Shown here: one piece after another, positions 1-15,398 of the stretch
Layout: every line of letters begins with the position of its first letter
How positions within the stretch are numbered: position 1 is the stretch's first letter
NCBI RefSeq assembly: GCF_000026545.1
Contig: NC_011601.1
Strand: one strand, 5' to 3'
Length of the DNA: 64,000 nt
Source: Escherichia coli O127:H6 str. E2348/69
Lineage (GTDB): Bacteria; Pseudomonadota; Gammaproteobacteria; Enterobacterales; Enterobacteriaceae
The notes under the pieces: generated by a model
What the model saw: only the letters and a program-made list of their open reading frames with translations
Database searches by the model: none
Told to the model about the DNA's origin: nothing
Made by a program: the position numbers and the translations under genes

Positions 1-162
1 TAGATAAGCCGTCTCTTCCAGCGAGTTGTATTCTTCGAGTGACATCAGAACACAAGCCTCTCCATTCTGACGAGTAATGAGGATCGGGGCATGATCTTCA
101 ACGGCTTTCATCATTGTTGCCGACAAATTCTGACGCGCTTCGCTGTAGCTAATTGTACGCAT
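1..162 (-). CDS. yefM: YefM antitoxin, N-terminal 54 codons (gene continues beyond window start)
   Basis: Reverse-strand ATG at 160-162; translation [54 protein letters not shown] recognised as YefM; sits beside the his operon as in E. coli. Confidence 0.85.
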
Positions 163-177
163 GTAAATCTCCTCTTT

Positions 178-195
178 TGTACAGTTCATTGTACA
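178..195. promoter_or_regulatory. Putative yefM-yoeB operator: two TGTACA core palindromes just upstream of yefM
   Basis: TGTACA at 178-183 and 190-195, about 16-30 bp upstream of the yefM start; YefM-YoeB is known to autoregulate via TGTACA-core palindromes. Confidence 0.5.
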
Positions 196-376
196 ATGAT
201 GGGTGTTAATTAACTATTTATTAATTAGTTTGTAGATCAAGACATTGTCAGCGAGACGAAAAATCAGGCTTTGCTCTTTTTGGTGCTGTCAAGTAAGAGG
301 ACAGTCCTCTTAGCCCCCTCCTTTCCCCGCTCATTCATTAAACAAATCCATCGCCATAAAATATATAAAAAACCCC

Positions 377-406
377 TTGCTTTCTAACGTGAAAGTGGTT
401 TAGGTT
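377..406 (+). promoter_or_regulatory. Probable his operon promoter (-35 TTGCTT, -10 TAGGTT-like)
   Basis: TTGCTT at 377-382 followed about 17-18 bp later by TAGGTTAAAA, roughly 40 bp upstream of hisL; position consistent with the classical his promoter. Confidence 0.45.
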
Positions 407-444
407 AAAAGACATCAGTTGAATAAACATTCACAGAGATTTTT

Positions 445-495
445 ATGACACGCGTTCAATTTAAACACCACCATCATCACCATCATCCTGACTAG
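445..495 (+). CDS. hisL: his operon leader peptide (16 aa, 7 consecutive His codons)
   Basis: ATG 445, TAG 493-495; translation MTRVQFKHHHHHHHPD; followed by attenuator hairpin. Confidence 0.93.
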   Translation: MTRVQFKHHHHHHHPD

Positions 496-557
496 TCTTT
501 CAGGCGATGTGTGCTGGAAGACATTCAGATCTTCCAGTGGTGCATGAACGCATGGGA

Positions 558-594
558 AAGCCCCCGGAAGATCACCTTCCGGGGGCTTTTTTAT
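558..594 (+). terminator. his attenuator, rho-independent terminator hairpin plus U-run
   Basis: GC-rich inverted repeat AAGCCCCCGGAAG...CTTCCGGGGGC followed by TTTTTTATT, between hisL and hisG. Confidence 0.88.
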
Positions 595-640
595 TGCGCG
601 GTTGTTAACGGTTCAGACAGGTTTAAAGAGGAATAAGAAA

Positions 641-1540
641 ATGACAGACAACACTCGTTTACGCATAGCTATGCAGAAATCCGGCCGTTTAAGTGATGAC
701 TCACGCGAATTACTGGCGCGCTGTGGCATTAAAATCAATCTTCACACCCAGCGCCTGATCGCGATGGCAGAAAACATGCCGATTGATATTCTGCGCGTGC
801 GTGACGATGACATTCCCGGTCTGGTGATGGACGGCGTGGTAGACCTTGGGATTATCGGCGAAAACGTGCTGGAAGAAGAGCTGCTTAACCGCCGCGCCCA
901 GGGTGAAGATCCGCGCTACTTTACCCTGCGTCGTCTGGATTTCGGCGGCTGCCGCCTTTCGCTGGCAACGCCGGTTGATGAAGCCTGGGATGGCCCGCTC
1001 TCCTTAAATGGTAAACGTATCGCCACCTCTTATCCTCACCTGCTCAAGCGTTATCTCGACCAGAAAGGTATCTCTTTTAAATCCTGCTTACTGAACGGTT
1101 CTGTCGAAGTTGCGCCGCGTGCCGGACTGGCGGATGCGATTTGCGATCTGGTTTCCACCGGTGCCACGCTGGAAGCTAATGGCCTGCGCGAAGTCGAAGT
1201 TATCTACCGCTCGAAAGCCTGCCTGATCCAGCGCGATGGCGAAATGGAAGAATCCAAACAGCAACTGATCGACAAACTGCTGACCCGTATTCAGGGTGTT
1301 ATCCAGGCGCGCGAATCAAAATACATCATGATGCACGCACCGACCGAACGCCTGGATGAAGTCATCGCCCTGCTGCCAGGTGCCGAACGCCCAACTATTC
1401 TACCGCTGGCGGGTGATCAACAGCGCGTAGCGATGCACATGGTCAGTAGCGAAACCCTGTTCTGGGAAACGATGGAAAAACTGAAAGCGCTGGGTGCCAG
1501 TTCAATCCTGGTCCTGCCGATTGAGAAGATGATGGAGTGA
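641..1540 (+). CDS. hisG: ATP phosphoribosyltransferase
   Basis: ORF track 602-1540; true ATG at 641 gives [17 protein letters not shown]...; first gene after attenuator. Confidence 0.95.
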
Positions 1541-1545
1541 TCGCT

Positions 1546-3916
<2,371 letters not shown>

Positions 3917-3917
<1 letters not shown>

Positions 3918-4983
3918 TGAGTCAGAAGTATCTTTTTATCGATCGCGATGGAACCCTGATTAGCGAACCGCCGAGTGATTTTCAGGTGGACCGTTTTGAC
4001 AAACTCGCCTTTGAACCTGGCGTGATCCCGGAGCTGCTGAGGCTGCAAAAAGCGGGCTACAAGCTGGTGATGATCACTAATCAGGATGGTCTTGGAACAC
4101 AAAGTTTCCCGCAGGCGGATTTCGAAGGCCCGCACAACCTGATGATGCAGATCTTCACCTCGCAAGGCGTGCTGTTTGATGAAGTGCTGATTTGTCCGCA
4201 CCTGCCCGCCGATGAGTGCGACTGCCGTAAGCCGAAAGTAAAACTGGTGGAGCGTTATCTGGCTGAACAAGCGATGGATCGCGCCAACAGTTATGTGATT
4301 GGCGATCGCGCGACCGACATTCAACTGGCGGAAAACATGGGCATTAATGGTTTACGCTACGACCGCGAAGCCCTGAACTGGCCGATGATTGGTGAGCAAC
4401 TCACTAAACGAGACCGTTACGCCCATGTAGTGCGCAACACCAAAGAGACGCAAATTGACGTCCAGGTGTGGCTGGATCGCGAGGGTGGCAGCAAGATTAA
4501 CACCGGCGTTGGCTTCTTTGATCACATGCTGGATCAGATCGCCACCCATGGCGGTTTCCGTATGGAAATCAACGTCAAAGGCGACCTCTATATCGACGAT
4601 CACCACACCGTCGAAGATACCGGCCTGGCGCTGGGCGAAGCGTTAAAAATTGCCCTTGGCGACAAACGCGGTATTTGCCGCTTTGGTTTTGTGCTGCCGA
4701 TGGACGAATGCCTTGCCCGCTGCGCGCTGGATATCTCTGGTCGCCCGCACCTGGAATATAAAGCTGAATTTACCTACCAGCGCGTGGGCGATCTCAGCAC
4801 CGAGATGATCGAGCACTTCTTCCGTTCGCTTTCATACACCATGGGCGTGACGCTACACCTGAAAACCAAAGGTAAAAACGATCACCACCGTGTAGAGAGC
4901 CTGTTCAAAGCGTTTGGCCGCACCCTGCGCCAGGCCATCCGCGTGGAAGGCGACACCCTGCCCTCGTCGAAAGGAGTGCTGTA

Positions 4984-4984
<1 letters not shown>
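3917..4984 (+). CDS. hisB: Bifunctional histidinol-phosphatase / imidazoleglycerol-phosphate dehydratase
   Basis: ATG at 3917 ([14 protein letters not shown]...); HAD-like N-terminus and IGPD C-terminus; overlaps hisC stop by 1 nt. Confidence 0.95.
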
Positions 4985-7062
<2,078 letters not shown>

Positions 7063-7069
<7 letters not shown>

Positions 7070-7674
7070 CAGAACAACAACGTCGCGAACTGGACTGGGA
7101 AAAAACCGACGGACTGATGCCGGTGATTGTGCAACACGCGGTATCTGGCGAAGTGCTAATGCTGGGCTATATGAACCCGGAAGCTCTGGACAAAACCATC
7201 GAAAGCGGCAAAGTCACCTTCTTCTCGCGCACTAAACAGCGACTGTGGACCAAAGGCGAAACGTCGGGTAATTTCCTCAACGTAGTAAATATTGCGCCGG
7301 ACTGCGACAACGACACGTTACTGGTGCTGGCGAATCCCATCGGGCCAACCTGCCACAAAGGCACCAGCAGCTGCTTCGGCGATACCGCTCACCAGTGGCT
7401 GTTCCTGTATCAACTGGAACAACTGCTCGCGGAACGTAAATCCGCCGACCCGGAAACCTCCTACACCGCCAAACTGTATGCCAGCGGCACCAAACGCATT
7501 GCGCAGAAAGTGGGTGAAGAAGGCGTTGAAACCGCACTGGCAGCAACGGTACATGACCGCTTTGAGCTGACCAACGAGGCATCTGACTTGATGTATCACC
7601 TGCTGGTGTTGTTGCAGGATCAGGATCTGGATTTAACAACGGTAATTGAGAACCTGCGTAAACGGCATCAGTGA
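7063..7674 (+). CDS. hisI: Bifunctional phosphoribosyl-AMP cyclohydrolase / phosphoribosyl-ATP pyrophosphatase
   Basis: 203 aa [24 protein letters not shown]...; last gene of his operon. Confidence 0.95.
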
Positions 7675-7743
7675 GTGGCGTGCTGAGCAGGTGTGATGTT
7701 GTTGCCACACCCGGAGCCATTGCCCGATGCGCAAGCTTATCGT

Positions 7744-7802
7744 GCCTACACATTATCTCAACACACGTAGGCCGGATAAGATGCGCCAGCATCGCATCCG
7801 GC
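7744..7802. repeat. REP (repetitive extragenic palindrome) element
   Basis: GCCTACA...GTAGGCCGGATAAGATGCGCCAGCATCGCATCCGGC, typical enterobacterial REP sequence between hisI and wzzB. Confidence 0.8.
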
Positions 7803-7839
7803 AAAAAAAACGGGCATGGTGTCACCACCCTGCCCGTTT
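7803..7839 (-). terminator. Rho-independent terminator for wzzB (possibly bidirectional with the his operon)
   Basis: Hairpin CGGGCA-14 nt-TGCCCG; on the minus strand it is followed by an 8-nt U-run (A8 at 7803-7810 on plus strand); lies between convergent hisI and wzzB. Confidence 0.75.
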
Positions 7840-7859
7840 CTCTTAAATGCACAATAATA

Positions 7860-8840
7860 TTATTTCGCGTTGTAATTACGCAGCGCGTTACGCCCAAGCA
7901 CAATCCCCGCGCCAACCATGCCGCCCAGCAGCACAGCCAGAATCAAGGTAATTGCTTTCTTCGGGCTATCGCGACGAATAGGTAACGTCGGTTTCATTAC
8001 ATAGCGGTAAGCATGAATATCAAGTTTATCAACGTCAAGATTGTCGATATCCAGCAGGTTTTGACGAGTCTGATAGTAGTTTGATGAGAACACCAACGGA
8101 CGGGTCGCTTCGTGCTTAATCATCGACTCCAGCGCTTCGCTCCCCAAAAGGAACATAGTATCCTGGGTTACGTCCTGTGTCTGTTGAATCTGCGGCTTTG
8201 TCACCTGCGCCTGATTCGCATACTGCAACGCTTCCTGAATCTGACGGATACGCAGATCTTTCTGTTCTTGAGCGACCACTTCCTGCGTCTTCAGAGAATC
8301 CTGCAAGTTTTTCATTTGCAGCGCGATGTTGTCTTTCAGGTCTTGTTCCAGTTCTTCATTTACCCAGTCGTCAACTTGCTGGATATACTTCGCCAGCTGC
8401 TTCTGCGCACCTTCAGGTGTTTTACCGACATAAGAAACCGCTAAAGGTAATGACTGATTTTTAACGGTAGGCTCAATGGTCAGTTTTTCAGGTTCTTCCT
8501 GATTATCCAGCGTTTCTGCTAATGCAGAAAATGTCGTGCTGAAACGACCAATTAACATCGACTGGATCTCAGACACTTTCGGCGCTGCCGAACCATAAAT
8601 CACATTTATGGCATTGTTATAACCAGCGATTTGTCCCACATCAGGTTGAGTAACGATAGCTGTTGAAGTCCACTTTTCTTTGGCAACGGCCAGATACCCT
8701 ATAGCCAGGGCAATAGCCACAATGACAGAAATGATGATAGTCATCTTGCCGCGCCATAGTTGGACCAGTAAATCAATCAAATCAATCTGTTCCGGATCAT
8801 GGTTTTGCCCAGAAACATTATTATTTTCTACTCTCATCAT
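7860..8840 (-). CDS. wzzB: O-antigen chain length determinant (polysaccharide co-polymerase)
   Basis: ORF track 7860-8894; recognised Wzz sequence begins M(M)RVENNNVSGQNHDPEQIDL..., start taken at tandem ATGs 8837/8840; two TM segments flanking a periplasmic coiled-coil region. Confidence 0.9.
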   Translation of the reverse strand: MMRVENNNVSGQNHDPEQIDLIDLLVQLWRGKMTIIISVIVAIALAIGYLAVAKEKWTSTAIVTQPDVGQIAGYNNAINVIYGSAAPKVSEIQSMLIGRFSTTFSALAETLDNQEEPEKLTIEPTVKNQSLPLAVSYVGKTPEGAQKQLAKYIQQVDDWVNEELEQDLKDNIALQMKNLQDSLKTQEVVAQEQKDLRIRQIQEALQYANQAQVTKPQIQQTQDVTQDTMFLLGSEALESMIKHEATRPLVFSSNYYQTRQNLLDIDNLDVDKLDIHAYRYVMKPTLPIRRDSPKKAITLILAVLLGGMVGAGIVLGRNALRNYNAK

Positions 8841-8983
8841 TACCCTAACGGACGAAATAATTTTAAGTCGCCATAGTTTAGCGATAATCGCCATGAATGC
8901 TATAGGATAAATGATAAAAACAATGAATTATTACAAAGGGAACATGAGAGAATCAGGGCGAAAATCGCCCTGATAACAGGATG

Positions 8984-10159
<1,176 letters not shown>

Positions 10160-10340
10160 TCAGAATTAACTTAACTGTGAATCATGATGTTTTTAGCATC
10201 CTGATAAGAGCTAAAAGTTTTAACGCTACGTTGTTCGATGGTCAACGCAACGAAAAACAATTCAGATTTTCTTTATAAGAATAGCTGATATTTATTAAGT
10301 TAATATTAAGCAGTGAAATTTAGTCTATAAGATAATTGGC

Positions 10341-10372
10341 AAAAAAAAGCCCGGTGCAATATACGCCGGGCC
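10341..10372 (-). terminator. Rho-independent terminator downstream of gnd
   Basis: Hairpin GCCCGGTGCAATATACGCCGGGC with an A8 run on the plus strand (U-run on minus strand), 27 nt downstream of the gnd stop. Confidence 0.75.
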
Positions 10373-10398
10373 TCAATTTTATTGTTGGTTAAATCAGA

Positions 10399-11805
10399 TT
10401 AATCCAGCCATTCAGTATGGAACACACCTTCTTTATCAATGCGCTTATAAGTATGCGCACCGAAATAGTCACGCTGTGCCTGGATCAGGTTCGCAGGCAG
10501 AACAGCGGCACGGTAGCTATCGTAATAGGCAACCGCAGCAGCGAAGGTCGGAACCGGGATACCGTTCTGTACTGCATAAGCAACGACATCACGCAGCGCC
10601 TGCTGGTAGTCATCGGCAATTTGCTTGAAGTACGGAGCCAGCAGCAGGTTAGCGATCTGCGGATTTTCGGCATAAGCATCGGTGATTTTCTGCAGGAACT
10701 GCGCACGGATAATGCAGCCAGCACGGAAAATCTTCGCGATTTCGCCGTAGTTCAGATCCCAGTTGTACTCTTCAGACGCCGCACGCAGCTGAGAGAAGCC
10801 CTGAGCGTAAGAAACGATTTTGCCCAGATACAGCGCACGACGAACTTTCTCGATGAACTCACCTTTGTCGCCAGCTGGCTGCGCTTGCGGGCCAGAGAGA
10901 ACTTTAGATGCGGCAACACGCTGCTCTTTCAGAGAAGAGATATAACGTGCAAACACAGACTCGGTAATCAGCGACAGCGGTTCGCCGAGATCCAGCGCGC
11001 TCTGGCTGGTCCATTTACCGGTACCTTTGTTAGCCGCTTCATCCAGGATCACATCAACCAGGTAGTTACCGTCTTCATCTTTTTTAGTGAAGATGTCTTT
11101 GGTGATGTCGATCAGGTAGCTGCTCAGTTCACCGTTATTCCACTCGGTAAAGGTCTGTGCCAGTTCTTCGTTAGAGAGATTCAGGCCACCTTTAAGCAGA
11201 GAATAGGCTTCAGCAATCAGCTGCATATCACCGTATTCAATACCGTTGTGAACCATCTTCACATAGTGACCTGCGCCATCGGCACCAATATAGGTAACGC
11301 ATGGCTCACCGTCTTCAGCTACTGCGGCGATTTTGGTCAGGATCGGAGCAACCAGTTCATAGGCTTCTTTCTGGCCACCAGGCATAATGGAAGGACCTTT
11401 CAGCGCGCCCTCTTCACCACCGGAAACACCGGTACCGATGAAGTTAAAGCCTTCGGCAGAAAGCTCACGGTTACGGCGAATGGTGTCCTGGAAGAATGTA
11501 TTACCACCATCAATGATGATGTCACCTTTATCGAGGTACGGCTTGATGGAATCAATAGCAGCATCCGTGCCAGCACCTGCTTTCACCATTAACAGGATGC
11601 GACGAGGCGTTTCCAGAGATTCAACAAACTCTTTCACCGTATAGTAAGGAACCAGTTTCTTGCCTGGATTTTCGGCAATCACTTCTTCCGTCTTTTCACG
11701 GGAACGGTTGAAAATAGAGACGGTATAACCACGGCTTTCGATGTTGAGCGCAAGGTTGCGCCCCATCACTGCCATACCGACTACGCCGATCTGTTGCTTT
11801 GACAT
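10399..11805 (-). CDS. gnd: 6-phosphogluconate dehydrogenase (decarboxylating)
   Basis: 468 aa [21 protein letters not shown]... Confidence 0.96.
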   Translation of the reverse strand: MSKQQIGVVGMAVMGRNLALNIESRGYTVSIFNRSREKTEEVIAENPGKKLVPYYTVKEFVESLETPRRILLMVKAGAGTDAAIDSIKPYLDKGDIIIDGGNTFFQDTIRRNRELSAEGFNFIGTGVSGGEEGALKGPSIMPGGQKEAYELVAPILTKIAAVAEDGEPCVTYIGADGAGHYVKMVHNGIEYGDMQLIAEAYSLLKGGLNLSNEELAQTFTEWNNGELSSYLIDITKDIFTKKDEDGNYLVDVILDEAANKGTGKWTSQSALDLGEPLSLITESVFARYISSLKEQRVAASKVLSGPQAQPAGDKGEFIEKVRRALYLGKIVSYAQGFSQLRAASEEYNWDLNYGEIAKIFRAGCIIRAQFLQKITDAYAENPQIANLLLAPYFKQIADDYQQALRDVVAYAVQNGIPVPTFAAAVAYYDSYRAAVLPANLIQAQRDYFGAHTYKRIDKEGVFHTEWLD

Positions 11806-11925
11806 TGTTTACTCCTGTCAGGGGTGGTTACCGCCAAGTGTGCGGCTTGGATATGATGCAGATGTTAATATAAATACAGGTAAATCTCACATGTAATGTC
11901 AATGAGAATTGAAACAATGAAAACT

Positions 11926-12825
11926 CTACATTGCTATCCAGTTTTCATTTTTAAGAGAGCATTCATTTCCGGATATGTACCATTGTTTAGGCGCGATGAC
12001 TAGCTTATCTTCTGACCTGTTTAGCCATGCCCCCCACCAACTATATGTGCTGTTTGCAATAATATTATTATTACACAATGACATTAAATACATATCAATT
12101 ACACTAAATTTGTTTTCATCAGCATCAGCAACCAAGCAATTGCTATATTTTGAGAATTTTTCCTTTGCCCATATGACATCATCTGTAAAGATTATAAATG
12201 TCTGAGAGCCACATTCACTTTCAATGTATTCCATTGCACTAATATAATAATCCATACTTAGAGTGCCGTGAAATTTTGCAGCATGTTTATTATTTACATA
12301 ATCTCCACGTCGCACATGAATTGACGTTATATTCTTAGAGTCAGTAATTAAGGAATATATTTGTAGGTTATGACATAACACGCGAAGATCATCACGTATT
12401 TCAAAAAGGGGCAAAATTAAATCCCTATGTTCATTTAATAATTTAGAATCTTGGTAAAATGAGAATAGACACGCAACATCAATGTTTTTAATTGATTCCG
12501 GATTGTAATAAGAAGCATCATTTAATGAATATTTATTACACAGTTTAATTGCAGTGAACTGAAGAAAACTGTTAAGCAGTGGTATTTTTTTATGTTTCCT
12601 CAAACGATTTATTTTTACTTTTTCATCTTTAGAACTAAACCTATCAAAAATAATTTTAAATTGATCAAGCTCAAGATGTCGTATAGTATCTTTTTGAGGC
12701 TGGTTGAAATAATAACTATCATCAAGCACTAATATAGTATCAGGAAAATGTTGCTTAAGGATATAGGCTGCAGCATATTGGAACATTTGATTACCTAACC
12801 CACCGGATAGACAGCAATACATCAT
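11926..12825 (-). CDS. Alpha-1,2-fucosyltransferase (GT11 family); last gene of O-antigen cluster
   Basis: 299 aa; GT11 hallmarks GGLGNQMFQYA near N-terminus and HVRRGDY motif; very AT-rich DNA. Confidence 0.8.
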   Translation of the reverse strand: MMYCCLSGGLGNQMFQYAAAYILKQHFPDTILVLDDSYYFNQPQKDTIRHLELDQFKIIFDRFSSKDEKVKINRLRKHKKIPLLNSFLQFTAIKLCNKYSLNDASYYNPESIKNIDVACLFSFYQDSKLLNEHRDLILPLFEIRDDLRVLCHNLQIYSLITDSKNITSIHVRRGDYVNNKHAAKFHGTLSMDYYISAMEYIESECGSQTFIIFTDDVIWAKEKFSKYSNCLVADADENKFSVIDMYLMSLCNNNIIANSTYSWWGAWLNRSEDKLVIAPKQWYISGNECSLKNENWIAM

Positions 12826-12832
12826 TAAGTCC

Positions 12833-13570
12833 TTATTTAACTAATGCTTTAATAAAATGATATGTACAAGAAAGAAAACTCATTATACTTTTCTTTTTAA
12901 GAAATTCTCGCAAAGAATACCCAGCACATTCATAATATGCCAGTTTAGACTTCTGTGTTGAATTTGAGTGAACACGGTAATTTAACAAAGGCTCTTCCAT
13001 ATTATCCCAACGTGGTTTTAAGCTTCGCATTCTTAACCACAAATCATAATCTTCAGAGTTAAAACCACCATTATACCCTCTTGTTTTAAGAAACAAATCT
13101 TTTCTGAACATTATTGAAGGATGTGCGAAACAGTTTCGAAACATTATATATCTATTTATTAATTTTTGTCTGGGGTAAAGCCTTACACCTAAAAAACCAT
13201 CATTTTCATCAATTAGATTTATTGAGGTTCCAATTAAATCAAGTTCATTATCTATAAGATATTTAATTTGCTTTTGAAGTCGGTTAGGTAAGGCTATGTC
13301 ATCAGAATCCATCCTCGCGATGATATCATATTTAGCTTTGGATATTGCCAAATTTAAAGAAAAAGCCAATTGCCCTATATTGGTTTCAATAATATTAACA
13401 TTCTCTGTTTGTTTTATGTTATTTTTTAAGACACGGGCAATGTCACTGGCTTCATTGCCATTAGCAACAATTATTAACTCATATTTTTTATAAGTTTGAT
13501 TCAATATGCTATTTATCGCAGGCATTACATATGAATCATATTTATTTATACACATAATTACAGAAATCAT
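12833..13570 (-). CDS. GT2-family glycosyltransferase (O-unit)
   Basis: 245 aa; GT-A N-terminus and DSDD (DxD) motif; AT-rich. Confidence 0.75.
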   Translation of the reverse strand: MISVIMCINKYDSYVMPAINSILNQTYKKYELIIVANGNEASDIARVLKNNIKQTENVNIIETNIGQLAFSLNLAISKAKYDIIARMDSDDIALPNRLQKQIKYLIDNELDLIGTSINLIDENDGFLGVRLYPRQKLINRYIMFRNCFAHPSIMFRKDLFLKTRGYNGGFNSEDYDLWLRMRSLKPRWDNMEEPLLNYRVHSNSTQKSKLAYYECAGYSLREFLKKKSIMSFLSCTYHFIKALVK

Positions 13571-14737
13571 TTAAACATCTTCCTTTCTAGCGCATATAGT
13601 TTTTATAACCACTAAATATGAAAATATAAGCGGCAATATGAAAAATATCATATTTACAAAATTATTATACATCATCGCAAATATGCAGGCCATAATGACA
13701 AATGGTTGAAAAACAAATGCAAAAGGAGACGTATTTCGCTGTAAATATATTAATTGAATTATGAACCCAACCAAATAGGCATATATTACGCTGAATATAC
13801 CCAATGAAACATAAGCACTTCCTACAAAACCTATAGGTGAGGTAACATCTGGAAACTCCAAGCTAATTGGTGACGCTGGAATGATTTTTTGAGGTAAAAA
13901 CCAATTGAAGAAATAAAACACATCCTGTATATTATTTTGAATAACATAGTTAAAATTAACAACAGGTGAACCGAAATAAAAACCGCCAACAAATCTAAAT
14001 AAAAAATCAAAACTCAATGATAAATTTTGTTCAGGATTTCGAATTATGCGCGTAAATGAAAATAAAAAAATGACTACACCTCCTATTATAACTCCTTTAT
14101 TAATAGATATTCTCCGTCTGGAAAATAGCATCAAAGCTAATAAAACATATAATAAAGATTGCAATTTCGCATAACTAATAAATTTGATTATTATAACCAA
14201 TATACTTATAAAAACAATAGCTCGATTATCTTTTATCAAACGAGATATACCATACATAATAATACCAAAATAGCCCAACATTACAGATATTCCATGTATT
14301 CCCAGCGGAGATGAAGCAATCTGAGACTCTATTGTTTGAGCAGAGACACCACCGCTAATATATATATTATATATATTAGCTTCGTGCATGTAATACTGGG
14401 TTACAATTAAACTTATTACATTTGAATAAAAAACAAACTTTAATAACCCATTATAAAAAGAAAAGTTGTATAAGTAGTGGCTTCTATGGTTGCTATGTTT
14501 TTGATAATTAAATAAATACGCAAAAAAAGCCCCAAAAAGAAAAAACAAATAAAAAACTAAAGATATAAAAAACACCGTATAATCAGGTTTTTGATTAAAT
14601 ATAAAGAATGAATTCCATTCTTCTTCACTGGTATATAATTGAAAAAAAGTGTTTAAAACGATTGACATTAAAATTAATATAACGGGATTAAAGAAACGTC
14701 TAAAATCATTACTTTTTGGAATTGTTATCTGCATCAT
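13571..14737 (-). CDS. wzy: O-antigen polymerase
   Basis: 388 aa, highly hydrophobic multi-TM protein with no soluble-domain motifs; position between wzx and GT genes; AT-rich. Confidence 0.7.
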   Translation of the reverse strand: MMQITIPKSNDFRRFFNPVILILMSIVLNTFFQLYTSEEEWNSFFIFNQKPDYTVFFISLVFYLFFLFGAFFAYLFNYQKHSNHRSHYLYNFSFYNGLLKFVFYSNVISLIVTQYYMHEANIYNIYISGGVSAQTIESQIASSPLGIHGISVMLGYFGIIMYGISRLIKDNRAIVFISILVIIIKFISYAKLQSLLYVLLALMLFSRRRISINKGVIIGGVVIFLFSFTRIIRNPEQNLSLSFDFLFRFVGGFYFGSPVVNFNYVIQNNIQDVFYFFNWFLPQKIIPASPISLEFPDVTSPIGFVGSAYVSLGIFSVIYAYLVGFIIQLIYLQRNTSPFAFVFQPFVIMACIFAMMYNNFVNMIFFILPLIFSYLVVIKTICARKEDV

Positions 14738-14744
14738 CTTAATC

Positions 14745-15398
14745 TTATTCCGAGTCTGGATATTTAAATTCTGAAAGAATCAGTTCTAGTTCTTCATAAT
14801 CTTTTTCCCACCATTTCATTTTTTCCAACTTATTTCTTGTATCATCATTAAAACGATAATAAAGTACTTTACAAGGAACCCCTGCAGCAACAGCATAAGG
14901 AGGTATATTCTTAGTAACAACTGAGCCAGCCCCAATAATAGCGCCATTACCTACAGTTACTCCATCCAATATAACCGTATTCGCACCCAAACATACATCA
15001 TGACCAATCATAATTCTTTTGGTTTCTTCAAATGTATGCGAATCCGGAGGTGGACAGCTTTTAGAAAGCCAATGTATTGAATTTTTCCCATAACAGAATG
15101 GATGCGTCGATATATATTCCGACACAGGATGTTTACCTAATCCCATTTTCACACTTTCTGCAATAGAACAATACCGACCGATTGACGTGTTCAATATTGT
15201 ACAATTCCTCTGAATATAAGTATGACGTCCAATATTTGAATTATAAAGCAATGTATTGTTATACACTTTTATATTCTCCTCAAATGTTACATGCCTTATT
15301 CTCGCTCCGGGATAAACACTAACGCCTTGAAAACATAGAATAATGTTTTTAATTAAATAGCATATAGGTAACAGTATATATTCTTTTATTATATTCAT
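14745..15398 (-). CDS. Hexapeptide-repeat O-acetyltransferase
   Basis: Left-handed beta-helix repeats (IGHDVCLGANTVILDGVTVGNGAIIGAGSVV); ATG at 15398 overlaps wzx stop as ATGA; ORF track extends to a GTG at 15461. Confidence 0.7.
   Translation of the reverse strand: MNIIKEYILLPICYLIKNIILCFQGVSVYPGARIRHVTFEENIKVYNNTLLYNSNIGRHTYIQRNCTILNTSIGRYCSIAESVKMGLGKHPVSEYISTHPFCYGKNSIHWLSKSCPPPDSHTFEETKRIMIGHDVCLGANTVILDGVTVGNGAIIGAGSVVTKNIPPYAVAAGVPCKVLYYRFNDDTRNKLEKMKWWEKDYEELELILSEFKYPDSE

Noticed and set aside
602-640. Upstream extensions of ORF-track starts (hisG 602, cpsG 35090, wzc 47925, wcaD 43102, udk 55423, yegH 50073, gmd 22119, epimerase 24239, yegD 61582)
   Set aside because: Known N-termini begin at internal ATG (or GTG for yegD); the extensions begin at TTG/GTG codons or run through terminator or ops sequences
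10417-11592. 391-aa plus-strand ORF antisense to gnd
   Set aside because: Lies entirely within the well-supported gnd coding sequence on the opposite strand; a shadow ORF typical of GC-rich genes with no independent signals
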